A stretch of 63,626 nt of DNA, counting the filler, from Reticulomyxa filosa (lineage: Eukaryota > Protista > Foraminifera), in assembly GCA_000512085.1 (NCBI GenBank). It is 19 parts of 19 records of this genome, joined end to end, with 100 filler letters (N's around TTAATTAATTAA, not from the genome) between each part and the next. Parts side by side here need not be neighbours in the genome. Positions count along the whole stretch, not along the records: positions 23,476 to 29,742 come from ASPP01001166.1; positions 29,843 to 36,039 come from ASPP01023163.1; positions 36,140 to 39,428 come from ASPP01003086.1; positions 39,529 to 46,499 come from ASPP01010737.1; 15 more parts are not named here. One strand, given 5' to 3'. A program made the translations under genes and the position numbers. Position 1 is the stretch's first letter; every line of letters begins with the position of its first letter. Shown here in pieces: positions 28,814 to 40,036 of the stretch. The notes under the pieces were generated by a model. That model was not told the DNA's origin. It searched no databases and saw only the letters and a program-made list of their open reading frames with translations.

Positions 28814-31193
28814 ATGTGTTGACTTGTTTAAATAAGATTATTTGGAAAAAAAAGAAAATTTTATTTTGTTGTGAAAAACTAATTTTCCAATTATCTATGT
28901 TGATGTTTATAAAGTATAGTCAACTCTTCAGGTCGTTATTTTTTAATTTTCACAAACAAAACAACAATATTTTTTAGTTAATTTTTTTTTAAATATTAGG
29001 GTCCCTTCGTCATCATTGGCAACCAAAAGCCAAAACTAGTGAAAAAGCCAGCGCTTTAGTGAAGGGACAAAAATGTCCAAAATACATCTCCCATGGCGGC
29101 ACGGTAAAAATAAAAGTTTACTAACATGCGACGAGTCAGAAGGCATCCACTCCGGAAACTCGCAAAAGGCATTCTGCTCCGAGTACGACAAGGCCCCCGA
29201 AGACCAAGCAAGCACTAAACTCAAATAACATGCAAAAAAGAACCTTTGGGTGTTTGCCGAAATTTTTTTACAATGAGATAGATAACACAATTTTGATCTA
29301 CATTCAAACAATTTTAAATTAAAACTATAAAGGAAAGTGATAATGTAAAGTATCTTGGATTGTTCCTTGATTCTCATATGACTTATTACAAGCATGTCAA
29401 TTATGTATATTTTTTTTTTAGAAGAAAAGAATGTAAAGTAATTTGTTAAATTGACAAAAAGGCAAAATATTATAAAACAAGCACATCACTCAAAGTTGAA
29501 CACAGTACTAAATGATACAATACGTTACAAAAAGTAACTAACAAATAACATTCATGCTTCAACATTGAAGAAATAATTTTAATTTAAAATTTGCTTTGGT
29601 GAAAATAAACATTGATGTCAATTTAACCAACAAAACATTTGTAATCATCACACATTCGCATTGCTCACCACTAACAAAATTAAACTAGACTATTGCAGTC
29701 AAAATAAAATAAAACAAACATAAAATTTGTTGAAGCATTCTTNNNNNNNNNNNNNNNNNNNNNNNNNNNNNNNNNNNNNNNNNNNNTTAATTAATTAANN
29801 NNNNNNNNNNNNNNNNNNNNNNNNNNNNNNNNNNNNNNNNNNTTTTTAACAATTATGAAAGTATATAATAAAAACCAAATGACATTTAAAAGCTATACGA
29901 TTGTAGATATTTTTTTAAAAATTATCTCTGGATATTGTTTTGTCACGAAGAAAATCAATTATATTGTGCCGTTTTATGTGTCAACTTTACTTTGCGTTCT
30001 ACTGTATTTATTTCTTTGTCTGTTTCTGTTGTGTAATTTTTTTTTGATAGTTGTTATGTAAATTTTCTTATTGTCTTTGTTGCAATGTTTCTTTCAAAAT
30101 TTCACATTATATTCTTTTGTTCATAATCTTTGTTATTTTGTTGTTTTATTTCAATATTGTTAAGTTGTGTTTTATAAATTTTTCTTTTCGATATTAATTC
30201 TCACTTTATAGTAATTTTGATTCCAAGTGTTTCAATAGTCTTTATTATAATTTCACAAAGAATAACATCTCTTGCATAACTTGTAAATTTTATAGTCTTA
30301 AAAAGCATAAAAATGGACACAATAATAATACAAGCAAATATAGTTGTGTATTATGTCGAGTAAATTACTTTTTTCTTCAAACAATCTGTTTAAATTGTCT
30401 TCGATTACTAATACTAAATTGATAAAACTGTTCAAATTTAGTATTTATGTATAAGCAAATAAATTTTCATCTTTGATTATCTTTTTTTTCAACTTATTCA
30501 CCATTTTTAAATATCAATTTCAATAATTATAAACATTTAAACGTTATAATTTTTCAGTTTTTGCTTTATACTTGGTATTGTTTCATTAAATCGATATTTT
30601 TCATAATACAAATCGATTTGTATATTGATTCTTCATTTCATATTGAGTCTTTTCTTCAATTATTTTAAATAAGTATTTTTGAAAATTTTGCATTTTGATA
30701 CAATTTTATATATATCTTTCGTAATATTCTCCAATTTATCGTAATTCTTGCAGTTTTATATATAAGCATAAAAATATACAAATACAGTTCACTAATTCAT
30801 AAACAGTTAATGTGAATATATTTTCTTATCAAGTTTATTTTGATCATCATTATATAAATATTTTACATTTACTAATGTTGATAAATTTGCAAAATAATAT
30901 TGCTTTTTTATTTTTTGTTCGTTTTATTAATGTCTTTCAAACTAATTTAGTCTTTATTTTCTTACTTTATCTTCACTTTATATTTACTTTATCTTGAACG
31001 ATTTTTAATATTGTTGTTTTGAATTATTATTGTGTTTTTAATTATATTTTATTTCTGTAATAAATGTTCAATTCATATTATTAATTTTTTGCATTAGTCA
31101 TATATGTATTATTCATAAAAAATTTTTAAAACTTTAGTCCAATATTATTAATTCTTTTTCAACTAATTTTAACAACTACTCTCTTGCCTTTGT

Positions 31194-31580
31194 TTATTGG
31201 TTAAACAAATTTTGAGTAGTTCCACTAACTCCCAAGAGAGCAATGGCCTGCAAAGCTTCCACAATTTTATGCAAGTCGGACACATCATCTTTGTCCCATG
31301 GATGTGCATAGAGTTGCTTCAAATCATCCATGCGGCCTGATTTACGTCTCTTTGTGATAAACATCAAAATAAAAAACAAATCAAATCGAATTTAAATTGA
31401 AAAAGGAGTCATCAAGCCTTTATACTTAACTCTGTATACCAAACCAGTTGAATCTACCAACCAAATTTGTTTCATATGCATTTTTAATGTTTTAATAAAT
31501 TTATTTCGCGATTACAAAACAGCACAAAAAAACACAAACAAACCTTGCTTCTTCTGTCGTTTTGCCAGTTTCTCTCATGT
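31194..31580 (-). pseudogene. Malic enzyme pseudogene, middle fragment
   Basis: Exons MRETGKTTEEAR | KQIWLVDSTGLVY | ...LYAHPW...LHKIVEALQAIALLGVSGT match malic enzyme (EEARKKIWLVDSKGL...LIGVSG). One acceptor AG is lost. Confidence 0.75.
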
Positions 31581-34080
31581 ACCGACGATTCTTCCAATTT
31601 ATTATCAAACAATATCTTTTTGGCGTTTGCAATATTGAGTCATTAAGATAAAAAATCAGTTTGTAGTTGCTCTTGTGTAGACGCTCGCTTTTGTTTTTCA
31701 TCTGTGTACTGTACACGCGATCATAGATTTAATAGCCACTTGTCACGTTCGTTCACTGATTTACTTGCTCCCTTTTTTTTTGTTTTTTCTCGTTGTGGTC
31801 ACCACAAAAAACTTCATTATTCTTTCCTATTCAAATAATGCCCAAAATAACCTTGAATATCATATATTGTTTTTAGTGTTTTGTTCCAACAATTTTATTA
31901 CATTTTCTGCACTACTGTTTCATTACACAAAAGTCACTCTGTTTATCCCTCCACTAAGAAACTTTTGTTGGAATGTTTACCGTTTAAATCAGGACTTATG
32001 TTTAAAATTTAGCTAATCTTTCAGAGTTATTATTGAGTAAGAATTTTCCATTTGTTAGTGAATTGAAATTTGAAATGAGAATAGCTTGTATTAAAACCTT
32101 TCGAAAAATAATGAATACTAAGAACAACATATCATATTTAAAGTTATTTTGGAACAAAATTTTTATAATCAAAAATTTGTGTTTGAACATATCTACTATC
32201 CCGATTGAGTGCACACAGATGAAAAAGAAAAATGAACATTTATACAACAGCAGCTACAAATTAATGTTATATCAAAAACACATTATTGTGAACATCAAAA
32301 ATGATTTTTTTTTATTATCAATTGTCAGCATCATCGACTTAGTCTTTGAGTTGCTTCAGTTTGGTTTGTAATATTTTTTATTAATTTCAATTGCTGCCGT
32401 TCAATATTTAATTAGGTGTCACAAAAAATGAATAATATGTTCTTAAAATGTTTCTAAATTTGTTTTTTAATTTATTGATCCCCTATTGTGATAGACTAAT
32501 CTACTAAAAATTTGCACAAAGTGTAATAAGAAAAATTGTTTTAATCAATCCAAAAATCTCACATTCGTAAAATCTCCACAAATCCACTTTGGATCAAATT
32601 AATGATTTGTGTTTTGGGTAATGATCACTTAAAGAGCAGATTTTACATAATTAGAAGACTGTTGTATTGTCATTTTCGAGTTTGGTCGTGATAAATTTGT
32701 GCATGGAGAAGGTCGTAGACTTTGGAGGTGGTGATTACCTATTTTGGATTTTCATTTGATATAAATATCCTCGGATTGTCATTTCGAAAGAAATATAATA
32801 GTTGATAAATAATATAATTTGTTGATGCATTATCTTCATTATTGTGTATGCATTGCAAAGCTTTCAAGATTGCGTTTAATAACTTTTATGTGATAGCAAT
32901 TAGTCTAATTGAGCATCTTTGATATAGAGTACAATACATAATATGTTTCTGTAACTTTATAAAGCCAGAATTGTATCTTTTTGCAAAAATTATTATCATT
33001 GCTAACATAACTTCATAGTTTTAATAGATTATACAAAGATAGATGAATAAAAACTTGTTAATTATGTCTGGAGAAGTATTAATAAGCTTTTTCAATAATC
33101 AAAGTTGTTGTTGTTAGTTTGACTTGATTCTAGCTTACTCAACTAATAAATAAATATCAAGATATCTTTAGACTTTCAGTTACATCACAGTCATTACACA
33201 CTTCATTTACAATCGAGAAATAATATTAAATGTGTTTTGAGTTGTCGTAAAACAATATATCAGCGTCATCAAAGAATAAATTTATATTATCTATATGTTT
33301 TTGATCATAATAATATACATACTAATATTATTCATATTGTGTAACCTTTTGAATTTGTAATATTTCAGTATGTTATGTTTCATATTAATATCTTACAATA
33401 TATTCACAATACAAAAGTTAGATAAATTTAATATTGTGGTCATTTCGATTTATTAACTTTCATTTGTATCTTATATGTAAATGTAATTATTCAGTAGATT
33501 TATGTATTTATTATTCTTAAATGTAAATTTAATATAAAAAAAAATATAATGGTCCAGGTGGTTTCCGATTCTTATTAACTAAAAGTTTTGAAATGAAGAA
33601 AGCAAATCATTGCTTGTTTAGTCAAATCAATGACTTGTAAACCCAAAATGTTTAACGTAAAAAGGCGATGATCAGTTCAATAAATAGTTGCAACTATGCA
33701 CGCCAACCCTCTATTATGCAACAGGATAGTTAAAACCAAAATTATTACTAAGTGACAACAAATGCCGCTTCTACTCTTTGCAAAGCTAAACAAATTAACA
33801 AATTACCTAGAACTAAAATACGACTGATCATATAATAGAAATAAGCAAGATGTTGATCCCTTCTTCCGAAGATCTGTTTCAAGATTGATATAAATCAGTG
33901 TTGGATTCAATACATTACATGATTTGTGTTGAATTTTGTTTTGTTTTTTATAAAATCTTTGAACTCATTACCCAAATTGCTTTTGATAAAAAAAGAAAGT
34001 GTCCCAAAAAGTTGAACAACTTACAATAAAATTTTGTGCACACCTGTTTATCTGCCGTTGTGAGATAATAACTCAATTAA

Positions 34081-34722
34081 TTATTCTGTTTTATTAGCAA
34101 TATCTTGTCCAAACTCTCTTACCAATGAATCAAAACAACTGTCATGATAAAATCGTTGATGTTTGTGATCATAACGACAACGTGCTACCAAATCTCTTAA
34201 ATCTTCGGGGTCCATTTCTTTTGCATAACCCTAATAAACACACAAGTAGTAAAAAAAAAATTTTACACTATACCTCTCTCTAACAAAGCGTCATCTACAA
34301 ATTGGGCCAATGTCTACATGCACACAAATTTCATTGATATAACATACTATTGTTTATGAACAGTTATATAGCTTTTAACTTTTATTACATCCAAGGATTG
34401 TAATGTTAGTACATAGAAAACAAAACAAAATAAAACTTGAGCAGCCAACAAAAACATTCCATCAGTAACACGAGAACTTTTGGAGGCGATAATTCCCAAT
34501 GCGACGCCAGGGAAAATATAGGCGTTGTTGCCTTGTGAAGGAACAATTTCTTTGTCATCAATAGTGAGTTTCGGAAATGTTGAACCACTTGCAAAAATGC
34601 ATTTATTTTCAGTCCACAAAAATGCTTGTTCAGCTTGACTAGTTAGATTGGACATTGGAAAAATAATTTTACGATTGTTATTTTTCATCAAAGCTTGGCA
34701 TGCCTCTTTTGTGAACGCTGGT
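34081..34722 (-). pseudogene. Malic enzyme pseudogene, C-terminal fragment
   Basis: PAFTKE...IIFPMSN(L)TSQAE...IFASGSTF...PSQGNNAYIFPGVALG...DGMFLLAA. The ECTA and LYPPL segments are deleted; introns are retained. Confidence 0.85.
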
Positions 34723-35322
34723 ATTTTGTTATATTCACCAATTGCATTGTTTGCAGTCAAACAAACAAATAAAACAGTTTAGTCATTTTTTTCATAAAAT
34801 TTTCACGTTATATATCTTGAAATAATATTTCAAATTCAAATTCACATAATCAATTTTCAGTATTCAAATAATATTACTATCATATACTGTGATATAACAA
34901 TAATTTGCTTTTCGTACAGTTAAATCTGCAAATTGTTATCTTGTTCGTAAATTGTGAAATTTCTCCAAATTTTACTTGTTGAAATTCCACAATCAATCTT
35001 TTCCAAAATAATCTTCAAATCCCGAAAGATAACGAAGATTTACACTAAGCTTGCTCAAATTCTTCAAAGAAAACAATTTTTGACCAAGTTGAAACACACC
35101 AAGGTACTACGTTTTTTTTCATATTCTGTAAACCTTTTTTTTAGTTATTACTGTCTCTGATTTACTTTCGAAAGTCTGCATGAAATTTTGATTGTAAGGT
35201 AAAAATATTCAACAAGTTTTTAACGTCCGTGATTAAATGGCCTTTAGGACATGCAAGTACCACCTTTTTTAAAAAATTGTGAGTTTTTCAAGTCCAAGTC
35301 AAGTCTTTGTAAAAAAAACAAA

Positions 35323-35989
35323 ATGGCATCAAAATTCGCGGTATCCGTTTTCTTATTATCAAATTTGCTATCATTGACACATGCAGGAGCTGATGGCGAT
35401 CATGCCTCTTGTCATATGACCCCTGCTTACCCTCTTCCAAGCAACGTTAAGCGACAAATTGTTTATTGTGCAAACAAAAAGGTACTGAAAAGAAGAGCAA
35501 AAAAAATTAGAGGAGTTTACCTTGGTTCGACATTGACTTGGATACTGATCCTTATGATCGTTGGAAAGAGATAGCGCTGACATACAAAGCGGAAATTCAG
35601 ACAGTGATAGATTTTATCTTCCACATGAACACCTTTTTCCAGAAAGACTTGTTGCCCATTGTGGAAATGCGAAGCAGTGAAATATTGGGACGTATGCCAA
35701 ATGACTACGGAATAGAGATTGAAGGTTTGTCGGCGTATACAGAAGTGGAAGTGGCTAAATTAATTATAGTAAACAGTGCGTATGAACTGAGCGGTTTGTG
35801 CACTTCCATTGTCGCCCAAAACACGGATGGCAGCATGTATCATGGCCGTAATTTGGACTTTGGTTTGTATCCAGGCTTTAACTGGACTGACTTTCAATGG
35901 GAGTTGACCGAGTTATTGAGACCAACCTTGTTTAATGCAAGAATGAACAAAGGTGGCAAAGTCTTGTATTCGGCAGTCTTTTTCGGCGG
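35323..35989 (+). CDS. Acid ceramidase / N-acylethanolamine acid amidase (Ntn hydrolase), 5' part
   Basis: Signal peptide, PWFDIDLDTDPYDRW, EIEGLS, catalytic CTSIVAQ and YHGRNLDFG. Intron 35446-35510. Truncated by the spacer. Confidence 0.88.
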
Positions 35990-36139
35990 GTACTGAAAAT
36001 GTTCTTTTTTTTTTTGTATACGTACTTATGTACTATTTTNNNNNNNNNNNNNNNNNNNNNNNNNNNNNNNNNNNNNNNNNNNNTTAATTAATTAANNNNN
36101 NNNNNNNNNNNNNNNNNNNNNNNNNNNNNNNNNNNNNNN

Positions 36140-36179
<40 letters not shown>

Positions 36180-36268
36180 GTATAATATTTCGCATTATTT
36201 TTTTTGTTGAAAGTATTTGTGTGTCATCTTCTTTTTTTTTTATTTTCATTTGTGGTGTATCTCAACAG

Positions 36269-36899
36269 ATTTCGAAATTTGGAAGAGCACGTGCGGGTGC
36301 ACACTGGAGAAAGACCATACGTGTGCACAATCTGTGAAAAGGGGTTTAAGCAGCAACACAGGTTTTCTTTTTTGTGTGAAACTGTCTGACAAACACATAG
36401 AGTGACTTTCAAACAAGTGTGGTACTGTCAATATTCTTTTTTTTTTTGGGGGGGTATAAAAAAAAGTTTGAACGACCACAACAAGGTACATACTGGAGAA
36501 AAACCTTTTGAGTGCGAAATATGTTCCAAAAAAGTATGTGTCTTACTTTTCCAAAAATCTTTACTTTTTTTTTTTCAATTGATTGGTAATTATTTTAAAA
36601 AATGAGACAAAGGGGAGAGGGAAACACAAAAAAAATTGTTGAGGATAATGTATTCTCTTGAATAGTTTTCGTTGAAACATAACATGAAAGTCCATAAAAA
36701 ACTCCATTACAGTTAAGTGAAAACACCAGTGTTGAACATTGGAAAGGACTTTGTTCCAAGATTTGTGTGTATGCGTATCTTTGATTGAAAACTCACTGAA
36801 GACAAGCCACAGTTTAAATGCGATCGTTGTAGCAAAGTGTTACGATCAAAACATGGTTTGCAGGGACACCAACAACGACTACACGGATTGATCTCGTAG
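36269..36899 (+). CDS. C2H2 zinc-finger protein, 3' exons
   Basis: [39 protein letters not shown] and [24 protein letters not shown]. Confidence 0.88.
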
Positions 36900-37899
36900 A
36901 CGTGTGAAAAAAATTTTTCCTTTATTTTTTTAATTTTTTGTATCCAACATTTAATCTTTTTTTTTTTGTTTATTTGTTTTCTTTGGGTTATTTCTCAATG
37001 TACAAACGCAAGCAACATCTTCATTTCTTCTTTTTTTCTCTGTCAATGGGTTTCTTCCTTTTTTTTTCTTTCAGTGGGATCGTATGCCTAATTTCCATTG
37101 ATAGAAAATAAAGTTTCTTTTTTTTGGGGTTGTGACTTTTTTTTTGTATCTTTTAAGCAATAAATGCCGATCGGAAATGATGGTGATTGTTGCATTTTGT
37201 TTGAGTGTGACCTTGTGTTTGTATGTTTGTTTTCTCTAGAGAAAACTTAATTGTATCTGTCGCCCATTTTAAACAAGTTTGTAAATGCATTTATATGCTT
37301 TGTACTTTTCGAGCGATATTACTTTTGTTTTTATAATCTATCACTTTTTAATTACTTCATTTTTACTTAATATCCTTGTGTAGACAATCGCCTTGAATAC
37401 TTTGTATCACAGAATGCTTTCGCTTCTTCTTGAAACAATCAAGTAGATCGCTGCAAGTAACAATTTTACAATGACCGTGCTTTAATTTTTGATATTGCTT
37501 TGTTTTCCAATTAATCTTGCACGATATTCTTTTTTTTTAATAAAACTAATTAGCGTGTATTAATTTTAGAGTCACATTGTTCGTAGTAGCATGAATTACC
37601 TGAGGGTTAAATCAAACAACCTGAAGCAAAATAAAAATATTGCATTCTTTGGTGCTTATCTAAATAAAATATATAGTCACAAGCTGTTGCTAGTGGCCCC
37701 ATTCATACGTTAATTGGAATATAGTATTTTACTACCTGTAACAACACCATGGAGAATCATGCTTCCAATGGTAAATATGAAAACATGCAAAGAACAATGA
37801 AGTTGAAAAAAAATCAAAAACAATTTGGCTATAATTTTCTAATTGCAACTTTTTGTACAAGCACTAGAAAATATTTGTCTAATGTGAAAAAGAAAGTTA

Positions 37900-38128
37900 T
37901 GTAGGAGAAGCTCCTATAAAGTAAAAGGGGCTGATGAGCCCCCGGTGGGTTAAACTTTCCCAACTCTTCACACAACCTTTGTGTTTTCCTTTTACTCTTT
38001 CGTTATCGTTTTGCCATTTCTTCTTTATTTATTTAAATTACTTTGAGTTATTGAAAATCTTCTCGAAAGAGTTTATCACCTTTCGTATTACATTTAGTGC
38101 AGTCTCTTCCGCAGCAACAGCTCTTACA
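37900..38128 (+). mobile_element. 229-bp TGT...ACA element (solo-LTR-like), copy 3, complete with 4-bp TSD
   Basis: Ends TGTAGGAG / CTCTTACA (7/8 inverted match), flanked by GTTA at 37896-37899 and 38129-38132. Internal motifs GGGTTAAAC and CCTTTCGTATTACA. Confidence 0.75.
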
Positions 38129-38593
38129 GTTATTAAAAAAGAGTGATTCGGTTATGGTTACATCATTAATATCCATTTACTTTTTCAATGCAATGCATTG
38201 CTTGTATAACATCTATTCAATGAAATATTTATTTTGCTGTTTTTTGTTCACAGCTCATGATAAGCCTGTTAGCTTGATAAGCAAGTTTATCAATTTGAGA
38301 TAGCATATTTAGAAACAAAGATACAAAGCTATTTTTTTTATTTAAAGTACTATATTATGCAGAAAAACTAAACATGTAAATACGCATCTTATGAAAATTA
38401 TATTTTACAAAAATTCAGATCAATTTTTAGTGTTTGTTTTGTATTTTTTATGTAATTGCTTTTTTGTATTTTCTAAGAATCAATACTTTGTTTTTTGTAG
38501 GCCCCTTAACATTTATGCTGTTTTCTTCTTTGAATGTTTTAATGACTGTTTACTTGGTCATGGGATGAATTTGAAAGTTATTATTATGAGTTA

Positions 38594-38970
38594 GACCTGG
38601 TAAAAAATCCAACTATGTTATTGACAAACGCAATCTTCAAAGGATTGGATCCTGAGGGAACTGGTGTGGTTTCTTCACCATTGTTGTTGGCGCTGTTGGA
38701 AGACATAAATTTACGAATGAAGCCAGTTATCGATAAAATTGAATCTCAGCCAGAAATGAGGTAAGCTTAATAATTATCTTTTACAAAGGAGAGAAGATGA
38801 AGATAGTATAAATGGAATATATTGACTGCTTCAAATTAAATAAAACATATAGCTTTGGTGAAGTTCATAAAGGATTGCAGAAAGCGTTTGATGATGGATT
38901 TGATATGTCCGATTTGTTGTCTATTGATTATATTGTGAAATCTACAAAAAAAAAGAAGAAAATTTTATAA
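38594..38970 (+). CDS. Small gene or fragment with an EF-hand-like loop
   Basis: Two GC-richer exons (…AIFKGLDPEGTGVVSS…EM|SFGEVHKGLQKAFDDG…) are joined by a GTAAG...ATAG intron. The start is unclear. Confidence 0.35.
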
Positions 38971-39149
38971 ATTTTTTTTTAATCTTCTGATTGTGAATGT
39001 GGCACATTTTGCTGATATGTTTTTTTTTTTTCTTTTCATGTAACTTTAACTTGACAAATAAGTTTGTGTTCTCTCAATCTAATTCAACGACGTCAAAAGC
39101 TCATTTACTTTGATATACAGTATGACTAAATAAATAAATAAAAATGTTA

Positions 39150-39339
39150 TGGTCGCAGCTGGGAGTCGAACCCAGGTCCCCAGTACAGCCACCACGCTAA
39201 ACCAGGCTATATCCTAGCTTCTGTGAAGACTACACAGACGTCTCTAGTAATTACCGGACTAGGCTGCGTCCAGGCATCATCCATAGTAACTACCAGTTGG
39301 CCGACGAACGGATATAGAACACCTTTATTTCCCTGCGGC
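39150..39339 (-). ncRNA. ~190-nt tRNA-like structured RNA gene candidate (Pol III type)
   Basis: Perfect T-arm CTGGG-TTCGACT-CCCAG. Acceptor-like pairing of 5' GCCGCAG with 3' CTGCGAC (6/7), ending ...GACCA and followed by T5. Several internal helices; GC-rich island in AT-rich DNA. Confidence 0.7.
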
Positions 39340-40036
39340 TGAAAAAAAAAATTTTCGGAACTTGACTACCATCTTGTTTTGCATGTCTATCACACTTTAT
39401 CTATTATTAGTTAAATGTTAAATTCTCANNNNNNNNNNNNNNNNNNNNNNNNNNNNNNNNNNNNNNNNNNNNTTAATTAATTAANNNNNNNNNNNNNNNN
39501 NNNNNNNNNNNNNNNNNNNNNNNNNNNNAAAAAAGGGGGGAGGGAAGAGTAAAAAAAAAAATGTGTTTGTATTATCAAATTTTACAGGCGAAGTGTGCCC
39601 TTCCGGATGGAAAAAGGGATCCAAAACAGTTAAGCTTTTGTGAAACAAATAAAATTGTTTTCTGAAGCAACAAAAGCATTGTTGGTATGTACTTTATTGA
39701 ATTTTCAGATCATCCCTGACCCAGAAAAGAAACTTAACTTCTTTTCCGACAAGCGAGGATCAAAGTAGATAAAAAGCCCCTTTTTATTGTGCATACATGG
39801 AAGCAAATGTTATTGGTTGATGTTTGAATTAAATGCGAACTTTGGCCATAGCATTTTTTTTTTTAAGCTTAAGCATAAATCTGGCATTTTTTAGCCAAAA
39901 GTAGCCTCAAATTGTTCTCATTATTGACCACATCAAAAATGTAAATCGTAGTTCTTTTTTTTGAAGTTAAATAATAAACAAAAAAAGCAAACCATACACA
40001 ACCCAATTGGAGACAAACTGGCATAAAAAAAAAATT

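Noticed and set aside
39150-39225. Conventional tRNA-Tyr(GTA) or tRNA-Sec in the 3' part of the tRNA-like element
   Set aside because: CT-GTA lacks a pairing anticodon stem and the local 5' end does not pair with the acceptor strand. No 9/4 fold with a TCA anticodon loop can be drawn.
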